DNA of 64,000 bases from Nitrospirota bacterium. Lineage in GTDB: Bacteria; Nitrospirota; JACRHJ01. Positions within the stretch are counted from its first letter, which is position 1, and each line of letters begins with the position of its first letter. The notes beneath the pieces were generated by a model. The model saw nothing but the letters and a program-made list of their open reading frames with translations, had not been told where the DNA came from and ran no database searches. Below, piece after piece: positions 54,258 through 64,000 of the stretch. Location of the stretch: NCBI GenBank assembly GCA_963733375.1, contig CAVTDB010000003.1, forward strand, positions 1 to 64,000. The letters run 5' to 3'. The position numbers and the translations under genes were made by a program.

Positions 54258-54794
54258 TTATGCAGGTGCCTTCAGGCTTTTAAGCTGCTCGGGAGTCAGC
54301 ACGTCGCGCGCCTGCGCGGCATGTTGCAGGACGGCCGTTTCAAGCGCCAGACGAGCGTCTTCGACATCTTTCAGCTTCGCCGCCGCGTCCTCTACTTTAT
54401 AGTCCGGCCTCTCCAGGGTTTCCTTAAGGTCAATCCTCTTCAGCATCACGTCGGCGCCTTTGGATATGAAATCCTTCTTCATATCGAAGGATATCTTTTT
54501 CAGGGAAGCCAGCTGGTCGTCGGTCAGTTTCAACTCCTTCGCGTGCATGATGTAAAACCGCGGCATTTTGCCGGCCATCAAATCGCCCATGCGGCCGAAT
54601 TCGCCGCGTCCGCGTTCCATGCCTCTGCCATGCATCATGCCTCCCATGCCCCCGCCTTGATCGCCCTTCATGCCGCAGGACATGCCAGGCGCCCCGGGAC
54701 GGCCTGCCTCTCCCGGCCCCTCGTGCGCCATCGACACTATCGGGACAGACACGGCAAACAGAAAAGTAAAGACAAACATAGTAAGCTTCTTCAT
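54258..54794 (-). CDS. Spy/CpxP-like periplasmic protein, Met/Gly/His-rich
   Basis: Signal peptide; LKLTDDQ and VLTPEQ LTxxQ motifs; a CGMACCDKMKM tail follows in another frame. Confidence 0.75.
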   Translation of the reverse strand: MKKLTMFVFTFLFAVSVPIVSMAHEGPGEAGRPGAPGMSCGMKGDQGGGMGGMMHGRGMERGRGEFGRMGDLMAGKMPRFYIMHAKELKLTDDQLASLKKISFDMKKDFISKGADVMLKRIDLKETLERPDYKVEDAAAKLKDVEDARLALETAVLQHAAQARDVLTPEQLKSLKAPA

Positions 54795-55013
54795 CTGGAA
54801 CCTCCGGGTTGATTGTATCATGTCGCCATCAGTGTAGAGGGCCGCCTTTTCATCTTTATTAAATTTTCCCGCACACCTCCATTTTTAAGTTAAACTCCGA
54901 AATTTAGCGGTGTCAAATGCCCGACGAGTTAATTAGAAAGACGGCATGTCCGGCAGAGAAGTTACAGAATAATCCGGCTTTTTTTTGCCTGATCGATTAA
55001 TTCTGCTTGTGCC

Positions 55014-55125
55014 CTTACGGACAACGCATTAAGATATTCCCCGGCAGGTTCAATAGTAGAAGTAAGCGGTACTGTTTGAGATAGAAGTTGCCGGCCACGG
55101 CCACGGTTTGCCGGAGGAAGATGAG
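55014..55125 (+). pseudogene. Remnant of a KdpD-type HATPase domain
   Basis: Translates as LTDNALRYSPAGSIVEVS then IEVAGHGHGLPEED (N and G1 boxes), directly before kdpE. Confidence 0.6.
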
Positions 55126-55142
55126 AAAGGGAAAAATGCCTC

Positions 55143-55835
55143 TTGGAAATGAACCAGTCTAAAATACTCATAGTCGATGACGAGAAGGCCATCCAGCGTT
55201 TCTTGAGAAATGCTTTAAGCGGCGGGGAATTCGCGCTGCATGAGGCTGAAACCGGGCAGGAAGCCCTTGCGGCGGCGGCACAGCTGCGCCCCGACCTGAT
55301 TATCCTGGACTTGGGGCTCCCGGACATGGACGGCCTGGAAGTCATACACCGGCTCCGGGAGTGGACGAAGATACCCGTAATCGTATTAACGGTGCGTGAA
55401 CGCGAAAGCGACAAGATCTCCGCCCTCGATGCCGGGGCCGACGATTACCTGACAAAGCCTTTCGGGATTGGAGAGCTGCTGGCGAGGATGCGCGCGGCCC
55501 TGAGGCGCTCGGTCCAGGAAGCCTCCGAGCCGGCATATAAAATAGAAGGACTCGAAGTGGACCTGGCCAGGCGCAGGGTGCTTGTCGGGGGGCGGGAAAT
55601 ACAGCTTACGCCGACTGAATACGACGTCCTGAAGCTATTGGTCATGCACGCGGGGAAGGTGCTTACCCACCGCCATATGCTGAGCCAGATATGGGGGCCG
55701 ACTTATCTTGAACAGCCTCATATCCTGCGCGTAACCATCAGCAACCTGCGGCACAAGCTGGAGCCGGAGCCGGAACGCCCCCGCTATATCCTGACGGAGC
55801 CGGGGGTCGGCTATCGCCTTAAAGCAAATTTTTAA
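55143..55835 (+). CDS. kdpE: KdpE-type response regulator
   Basis: LDLGLPDMDG, ALDAGADDYLTKPF, AGKVLTH, YILTEPGVGYR. Confidence 0.85.
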   Translation: MEMNQSKILIVDDEKAIQRFLRNALSGGEFALHEAETGQEALAAAAQLRPDLIILDLGLPDMDGLEVIHRLREWTKIPVIVLTVRERESDKISALDAGADDYLTKPFGIGELLARMRAALRRSVQEASEPAYKIEGLEVDLARRRVLVGGREIQLTPTEYDVLKLLVMHAGKVLTHRHMLSQIWGPTYLEQPHILRVTISNLRHKLEPEPERPRYILTEPGVGYRLKANF

Positions 55836-58800
55836 ACCTTCAGCATATCCTGGACTTTCTCAAGAAGCTTATTAATCTTATACGGCTTCTCCAGGACGAG
55901 CGGTCCTGCCCAGCCCCTCCATCAGCTCCTTCATTTCAATCTCATGGTAGCCGCTTAAAAGCAGGATACTTATGTCATCCCTTATATTCCGCATCTCTTT
56001 AGCCGCTTCGTCACCCCGTACATGCGGCATGATCAGGTCCATTATCACGGCGGAAACAGAGTCCCGGTTCTTCTTGAAAATTTCAATGCCCTCGGCCCCG
56101 TCCGCCGCGGTCAGCACTTTATATCCCACGGTCTCAAGCACTTTTTTCGCCATCAGCCGCGAATCCTCTTCATCGTCCACGACCAAGATAGTGCCTTTGC
56201 CATCCCGGATGTCTTCGGTCCCAGGCCTTATTCGCGGCCGCCTCCACCGGCGTCGCGGGGACCGGCAGAAGCACCCGGAAGGTCGCGCCGCAAGCTTCCT
56301 CGGTTTGAAGCCCGATCCCCCCGCCATGCCCGATCGCTATTCCGAATACAGCCGAGAGACCGAGGCCCCGGCCCATGAACTTAGTGGTAAAAAATGGGTC
56401 GAATATCCTCTTTCGCGTCTCCTGGCTCATGCCGCAGCCCGTGTCCGAGACCTCGACATATACGTATCCGCCCTCCGGGAGCCCGGCCGGATGCAGGGTG
56501 TCCAGGTACTGGCGGTCGGCATTTAAAATTCCCGTCGAGATACTTATGGCCCCCTTCTTCTCGCCCAGGGCATCCGAGGCGTTAATGATAAGGTTCATCA
56601 CCACCTGCTGCATGTTCTGCGGGTTGGCCATTATCACGGGGAGGCCGTCCGCCAGGCTATATTCAAGCTCGGCCTTTTTAGAGACGGAGGCTATAAGGAG
56701 GCGCGCCGGTTTCCTTTACTACGTCGTTCAACCGGACCGGCTCTTTATTCTCATCTTTTTTGCCGGTAAAGCTCAGTATCTGCTTTGAGAAACCGGCTAC
56801 CTTTTCCGCCGCGTCTTCTATGCCGGTCAAGTATTCCTTTACAAGGGAATCGTTGCCCAGGGCCCTTATCGCCAGGCCGGCGTTGCCTTCGACGGCGACC
56901 ATCATATTGTTTAAGTCGTGCGCTATGCCTCCCGCCAGGACCCGGAGGCTCTCCAGCTTCTGCGTCCTGAGCGCCTCGTCCTCGAGCCGTTTGCGCTCGC
57001 TGATGTCGCGTGTAACCTTTGAGAAGCCGCGCAGCCTCCCGTCCTCGTCATAAATGGCGGTAATAACCGTATTGGCCCAGAACGCGGACCCGTCCTTCCG
57101 TATCCGCAGGCCTTCTTCCTCCTCATAACTGCCCAGTGAGGCGGCATATTCGAGCTGCCGTGCGGGTTTTCCGTCGAGGACGTCTTCCCTGGGATAAAAG
57201 CACGAGAAATGCCTGCCTAATATCTCAGACTCGGCATAGCCCTTTATCCGCTCGGCCCCCTCATTCCAACTGACTACCTCGCCGGCCGGGCTGAGCATCA
57301 GGATCGCGTAGTCCTGGACGCCGGATACCATCAAACGGAAGCGTTCCTCGCTCTCCCTCAGCGCCTCGTCCGCCCGCCGCTTCTCGGTTACATCGTGAAA
57401 TACCAGGACCACGCCGATGATGTTGCCGCCGCCGTCGCGGATGGGCGCCGCGCTGTCCTCAATCGGTATTTCGCTTCCGTCCTTCCTGATTAAAGCCGTA
57501 TGGTTGGCAAGTCCCACGACATGGCCTTCCTGCAGCACTTTCACTACCGGGTTCTGTACGGGCTTACGTGTCTGTTCATTGATTATATGGAAAACCTTTT
57601 CAAGCGGCTGGCCTTCGGCCTCGGCGGATTCCCAACCCGTAGCCATGCTCCGCGACCGGGTTTAGAAACGTGACGCGGCCTTCTTTGTCCGTCGCGATTA
57701 CCGCATCGCCTATGCTCTTTAGCGTCACGCTCAGCTGCTCGCTCTGCCGCCGGATCTCAAGGTTCATCGCGTCGAGTTCGGCCGTACGCGCGCGGACAAG
57801 ACCTTCGAGTTCCTCCTCGGAGCGCTTCTGCTCGGTAATGTCGGTATTAGTGCCAAACCAGCGGACTACCTTCCCCTCCCCATCCAGTACCGGCATTCCC
57901 CGCGTCAGGAAGGGACGAAATACTCCGTCCGCGCCGCGCAGCGGAAAAACCATCTCGAACGGGTTCCCGGTCGCAATAGAAGCCCGCCATTTATCCATGA
58001 CCCCAGGCAGCGCCACGGGGTCGTGTACAGACTGCCAGCCCCATCCTTCCATCTGCTTTGGCGTGGCGCCTGTATACTCATACCAGCGCTGGTTATACCA
58101 GGATATCCAGCCGTCGGCGTTCGCCATCCAGCACAACTGGGGTATGGCGTCGGCAAAGGTGCGGAACTGCGTTTCACTTTCCTTAAGCGCCTCTTCCGAA
58201 CGGAACTTGGACAGGGCCACGGCCAGATAGCCCGCCAACCTCTCCCAATGGGCGACGGCTTCGGGTGTAAGAAGCCCCTTTCGCCGGTCGTTCAGCTGAA
58301 GGAGTCCCAGCCTTTCCTGGCCGACGCGCAGGGCAATCAGGGCCATCGACTCGTATCCCTCGCCGTTGCACCGGTTGCGCGTGCGGGCCTGCCTGTCGGC
58401 CTCGGTCGTGCTGGCGAGGAGTTCCGTAGTGCCGTTGGTCCAGAAATTGCCGAGTTCCGTGAAGAAGGGTTTCGACGGGTCGAACCGTTCCCGGATGACA
58501 TTCCCGCACATGCAATAAAGCACCGGGTTGCCGACTTCATCCCTGATAATCTCGCCCGCCCCGTCTCTGGCGCAGAGCGAGCTTTCCATCTGGATGAACT
58601 TCGCCGGAAATCCCCGCGCCTCGTAATAAGGGAAGTCGTCTCCATCTTTTAAGCGGATGCCCACGGCCTCGAAGCCGGATTGCTCCTTTATGAAGGTGAC
58701 GACCGACCGGACCAGGTCCCGCGTCCCGGTGCTCTGGTTTACTATGCGCAGGAATTCCACCGTTATCTTGCGTTCCTCTTCCTCCCGCCTGAGCTCGGTG

Positions 58801-59923
58801 ATATCGGTATTATAGACGCGTATGAACCCCATCTCGGGCGCATAAGATAACGACTGGTTGAAGACTAATCCGCCCACTTCGAAATCCCGTACAATTTTCC
58901 GCCTTTGGCCTTTTTTAAATTCGGCAATCACCGAAGGCCAATCTTTTAATAGCGGATGCCTGCCTGTTTCCAGGAATTCAGGGAAAGCCTTCTTCGCGGC
59001 GGAGTTTACGTATGTAATATTCCCTTCGATATCAGTCTTGATAATGAAGTTTGGGTTCAGTTCGGGAAATGACGCCAGATGGGCAACCCGCTCCTCCGCC
59101 CGCTTGCGCTCGGTGATATTATCAAAGACGGCCACGAAGTATTCTTTTGCCGGGCTGTAAACCGAGATGGAAAACCATATTCCCAAAGATCTTACTTCAG
59201 TTTCGAACCTCTCTGGCTGGCCCGTCAACGCGACGCGGCCGTAAATCTCGAATAACTCCGGATTCGATTCTCTTACCCCCGGAATGACCTCGGTCACTTT
59301 TTTACCGATTACGTTTTTCAGGCCGGTCAATTTTCCGAATGCGCTATTGACGTCGAGATAGACGAAATCTTCCGGACGGCCTGCTCATCATAAAGCATCC
59401 TGCAATATGCGAAGCCGTCCAACATGTTTTCAAAAAGCGACCGATAATGCTCCTCGCTTGCGCGTACTGCCTCCTCCGCCCGTTTGCGCTCGGCCTCCGC
59501 CCTGTGTTTTTCCGTTACGTCGTGGAATACGATGACTACCCCGATGGTAATCGCCGCCGGAGTCGCGGATGGGCGCTGCGCTGTCTTCGATGGGGATCTT
59601 TTTCCGCCCCGTCTTTCCTTATCAGGGTAGCAGCTATGGTTGGCCAGACCTACGACATGGCCTTCGCGCAGGACGCGTTCCACCGGGTTCTCGGTGAGCT
59701 TCTGCGTTTCTGCTCATTGATGATATGGAAAACCTTTTCGAGCGGCTGGCCTTCAGCCTCGGCGGATTTCCAGCCCGTCGCCCTCTCTGCGACCGGGTTC
59801 AGGAAACGTGACGTGGCCTTCCCTGTCCGCCGCGATTACTGTGTCACCTATACTTTCAAGGGTTACGCTGAGCCATTCGCGCTGCTGCCTGAGCTGTTCG
59901 GCGGCTTCCTTGTCTCTCATCAT
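55832..59923 (-). CDS. Large multi-PAS/GAF hybrid histidine kinase with C-terminal receiver (multiple frameshifts)
   Basis: Multiple PAS domains, Cys-rich GAF, GGIAHDLNN H-box, FDPFFTTK, GLGLS, receiver ILVVDDE. Confidence 0.88.
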
Positions 59924-60264
59924 TGCAGACCTCGGTTTTACATATCTTTATTTTTTGTCAGGGGATTTGCGGGACGAGTTGGCGTACGTGGACGGTTGCG
60001 AGTATGAAGGCCTTTCCCCGTGGACTTGACTGCAATAATTTTCAATTAATGCGAAGTTGTGTAATTGTATCATAATAAGTAAAAAAATAACAACCGTGGC
60101 GAATATAAAAATTTTCCTGAAATCGCGTACGCCTGGTTTTAATTAATTTACTTTAAACTGGACAAAATAATGACCCATATAATAATATTATCCGTCTTAT
60201 CAATTAAATCATAAATTTAATAAGGCCTGAACTCCACGGGAGATTATTATGGCTCGAGCACGGG

Positions 60265-60888
60265 ATGGATAATTTAATTGCGATGATCCTCGAGGGCGAC
60301 TGCGCCGCATCGGTTTCACAGGCCAAAGCCCTGCTCGAAGAGGGGGTCAGCCCAAAACAGATCGTCACGGGCGGCATCGAGGCCGCCATGTCCACGTTGA
60401 ACGCAAAATGCACCCTTGAACAGTTCAACCTGCTGGAGATCATGCTGGCGGGCCGCGCGGTCATGGAGATAATGAAATTTCTTAACCTGGCCGGCCCGGC
60501 GATGGGGCGGCAAGGGACAATCCTAACTGCCACCCGGCAAGGTGATATCCACGACTTAGGCAAAAACGTCCTTAAAACGGTACTTATCGGCAGGGGATAT
60601 AATGTCGTGGACTGCGGCAAGGACTGCCCTTTGCAAAAGCTTATCGAGACCGCGGTAAAGGAGCAGCCCCTGGCAGTCGCCATCAGCGGCCTTATTACCC
60701 CCATCATCCCGCTGGTGAGACAGGTAAAGGACCTCCTTTTCATCCGGGGCTTAAGCGACGTGAAGGTAATCGCCGGAGGCGCGGCGTTAAAGCAGTCATC
60801 AAATGACAGGCTGAATGTCGATTTCCTGGCTGAATCGGCATTTGACGTCCTTCCCTATCTTGACGGGTTGACCGGGGGGACGCCATGA
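60265..60888 (+). CDS. Cobalamin-binding corrinoid protein (MtaC/MtbC-like)
   Basis: Cap domain plus GDIHDLGKN (DxHxxG) and SGL motif. Confidence 0.9.
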   Translation: MDNLIAMILEGDCAASVSQAKALLEEGVSPKQIVTGGIEAAMSTLNAKCTLEQFNLLEIMLAGRAVMEIMKFLNLAGPAMGRQGTILTATRQGDIHDLGKNVLKTVLIGRGYNVVDCGKDCPLQKLIETAVKEQPLAVAISGLITPIIPLVRQVKDLLFIRGLSDVKVIAGGAALKQSSNDRLNVDFLAESAFDVLPYLDGLTGGTP

Positions 60889-61893
60889 ACAGCCTGGAAC
60901 GGGTGAGCGCCGCCGTCAATTTCAGACAGACGGACCGGGTGCCGGTAATCGCCCAGGTGTTCGGCCACGCGGCAACGCTCTCTGGCGTGCCTGTGAGTGA
61001 TTACGTACGCGACGGCGGAACGCTTGCGAAGTGTCAGTTACAGGCACTCAAGCGGTACGGTTATGACGCGGTCTTCTCGGTGATGGACGTGAGCGTGGAG
61101 ACCGAAGCGGCGGGCTCGGTCTTGCGTTACCCGAAGACAATTATCCCGTGGTCGAGAAATACGCATTCTCCGCCGACGGCGACCGGGACGGCCTTTCCAT
61201 CCCGGACCCGCATAAAGACGGCCGGATGCCGGAAATGCTAAGGGCGCTGGAAATCCTGAGGCGGAAGACCAATGGCGAGACGCTGGTGGTCGGCTGCGTC
61301 ATGGGCCCATTTACGCTTACTACGCAGCTCCTCGGCATGGAGGACGCGCTTTATATGGCGGTTGACGACGCGCCACGCATGGAGCGTCTGATGGATTTTG
61401 CAACCGAGACTATTATCCGGTTCGGCAAGGCCCAGCTCGAAGCGGGAGCGCATCTGCCCATAGTCTTCAACCCTTCCGCATCGCCCGCCGTTATCCCGCC
61501 GCAATTTTTCCGGGAATTCGAACTGCCCAGGCTTGGGCGGATATTCAAGGCCTTCATGGAAAGCGGCTCCCTGGCAAACTGGCTTCATATCGCGGGCCCT
61601 GTCGGTCCGATCCTGCCGTATTATAATACCGCCGGAGTCACTATAGCGAACTTCGATTACTGCATAAGCCCCGAGACCGCGATGGAAGGACTCCCCGCCG
61701 TCTGCGTTGACGGAAATATCAAACCCGTAACTTTTGTGGACGGCACCCGGCAGACATCGAATCGGACGCCGTGAACCTGCTCGGCGCTTTCAAAAAGCGC
61801 GGAGGCTTTATCCTTTCCTCGGGCTGCGAAATCCCTCCCGAATCAAGACCGGAGAATATAGCCGCGATGGTCGATTCGGTCCGGGCAAGGTAA
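60885..61893 (+). CDS. UroD-superfamily MtaA/CmuA-like methyltransferase (frameshifted)
   Basis: DRVPV, VETEAAG, MGPFT, LHIAG, GNI.P, ILSSGCEIP. Confidence 0.85.
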
Positions 61894-61899
61894 CCTAAG

Positions 61900-63489
61900 A
61901 TGCCGCAGCTCACGGTTATTACAAATGATATAGCGCGGAAGATATCCTTCAATAAAGGGGACTCTCTCCGCGAACTTTTATCCGGCGCCGGCCTCAGGGT
62001 CCGTTCCGGATGTCTGGGGAACGGGGCCTGCGGCCTGTGCCTTGTGCAGGTTGAGGCCGGGAATGCTGGCGAGCCGACCAAAACCGAACTCATAAGCCTG
62101 TCTCCCGAACAGCTGGCGGCTGACGTGCGACTTGCCTGCCAGTTAAAGCCGGAGGGCGACCTCCGCGTCAGGATTATAGACTCCGCCTCGACATCCCATT
62201 GGCGGGACCTGGGCCCTGGCCCATTCACCCCGGCGGATATCGGCCCTTCGGCCGGTGCGTCCTCCGAAACCGCATATGGCCTGGCGGTGGACCTGGGGAC
62301 GACCCATATCAGCCTCTCCCTCTGGGACTTAAACCTGGAAGCAGGCTTGCCGGGCGCATTGGCTTAAACCCCCAGTCCATCTGCGGCCAGGACGTGGTGA
62401 CGCGCTTGATCGCCGCCGGGCAGTCGCCGGAAAATGCAGGCAAGATCGCCAGGATGCCGCTCGACGCCCTCTACGAGGGCTTACTGGATATGTGCTCACG
62501 GGAAGGTTTCGGCCTCCGGGACGTGGTCCGGGCCGTCATCGTAGGCAATACCGCCATGCTTGCCCTGCTGACGGGATCAGACCCCCGGATATTACTTCTG
62601 CCTGATTCCTGGACACTGCCGGTCGACCTGAACCAGGACTACGCCAAAGCCTGGGCGGAGGCCATCGGGCTAAGTCCAAAGGCGGTGGTGGATGTAGTTT
62701 CACCTCTCGCGGGGTTCGTGGGCTCAGACCTTCTTGCCGGAGTGGTCGCCACGCGCCTGACGGAGCGGCCGGGCAGCCTTTTGATAGATTTCGGGACGAA
62801 CTCGGAGATGGCGCTCTGGGACGGCGGGACGCTATGGGTGACATCCGCCGCGGGCGGGCCGGCGTTTGAAAGCTGTGGGATGCAGTGCGGCATGCCCGCG
62901 GAGCCGGGCGCAATCTACCGCGTTACTCGGCAACAGGAAGGCGAAATGGATTTTCAGGTAATAGGCGGCGGCGAGGCCAAAGGGCTCTGCGGTTCAGGAC
63001 TGGTAGACCTTATTGCCTTGCTGTGCGACTGCGGGGGAATTGAAGCCCACCGGGAAGTTTGATTCCGGGGACGGTTTTGCCGTCCAGAAGGAAGGTCCGG
63101 CAATCCGCCTCACCAAGGGAGACGTGGACATGTTTCAGCGTGCGAAGGCGGCTATCGGCGTCGGGATAAAGACGCTCTTGGGGAAGGCGCAGATAGGAGC
63201 GGACGGCCTTCGGCGCGTATGCGTATGCGGGGTGTTCGGCGCCCGGCTGAATACCCGGAACGCACGGAAAGTCGGTCTCCTGCCGGATATCCCGGACGAA
63301 CGGATCGAACTTTGCGGGAATACCGCGCTGGCCGGATGCGAAAGCCTGCTCCTGTCGCCGGAATGGAAGCGGAGTTGGCAGCGGCTTAGAGGACGGACGG
63401 CCATCATCAACCTCTCACATATACCGGATTTCGAGGAGCTTTTCCTGGAGAACCTGTACCTGCGGCCGATGAAGGTGGACAAGGCATGA
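61900..63489 (+). CDS. Second ASKHA (DUF4445) RACo/RamA-like corrinoid activator (frameshifted)
   Basis: CLGNGACGLC...RLAC; DLGTT, GFVGSD, DFGTNSE, GGPAFE, GLCGSG, GNTAL. Confidence 0.9.
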
Positions 63490-64000
63490 AAAATATACAA
63501 TACGACAGCGCACAGTTGTTCGAGGCCTTCGTCAAATCGGCCCAGTATCTTGTCCGCCTCAATTCACGAGCTGGACGTCTGGGAACACTTAGGCAAGTTT
63601 ATAGCGACTTACTTTCCCGCGGATTGGACCGCCCTGGTGCAGCAAGACCCCGTGGACGGGGTCTTTGTCCAGCACTGCACACTGCCCGAAGAGGCCGCCG
63701 CGCTGATCATCCGCACGGATGGAGTAAAGACACTCATAGCCGACGCGCTTGACACCGGCTTTCTGGCAACGGAGGTCATCCTCACCCCTCGGCCATCCAT
63801 GACCGCCTTCCTTCCCATCGCGGGGGAACAAAAAGTCATACTGATAGGCCACGAGACTACCGGGCCGATTTCGAAAGAGCTGCTTAATACCTACCTCGCG
63901 ATAGCCGGCATGGCAGCCACGACCTTCGAGCGGCTACGTGCCGAGGAAGCGCTCCGGCTGGCGGGCAGCTATAACCGGAACCTCCTGGAAGCGAGCCTCG
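63486..64000 (+). CDS. N-terminus of a GAF-like/PAS sensor protein (frameshifted, runs off the window)
   Basis: ATGA overlap with the ASKHA gene; GAF-like region then AEEALR..YNRNLLEASL PAS entry. Confidence 0.65.

Overview
A GC-rich bacterial chromosomal window, probably from an anaerobic or microaerophilic environmental lineage such as Nitrospirota or Desulfobacterota (taxonomy is inference only). Many genes are split by single-base indels, which looks like long-read assembly error rather than true pseudogenisation. Recognisable content: two tandem phosphofructokinases, a low-GC secreted ankyrin-TPR-LysM gene, two RND efflux operons, DAHP synthase, MscL, a class III PHA locus, two ASKHA corrinoid activators, MsrB, an ArsS plus fused glycosyltransferase module, a LexA/UmuD-like plus Y-family polymerase cassette, an N-type ATPase operon, an orphan KdpE and a large PAS/GAF hybrid kinase. 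Four observations stand out. (1) Two tandem copies of a ~95-nt A-rich structured RNA candidate, each with its own near-consensus sigma70 promoter and U-tail (31743-32082). (2) A tightly coupled corrinoid protein / MtaA-like / RACo / sensor operon with no substrate methyltransferase in view, which may be a cobalamin-based signalling system (60265-64000). (3) A dispersed ~100-bp double-hairpin repeat family with covarying stems (5 copies). (4) Two outward-facing candidate sRNAs around aroG that share a promoter motif.
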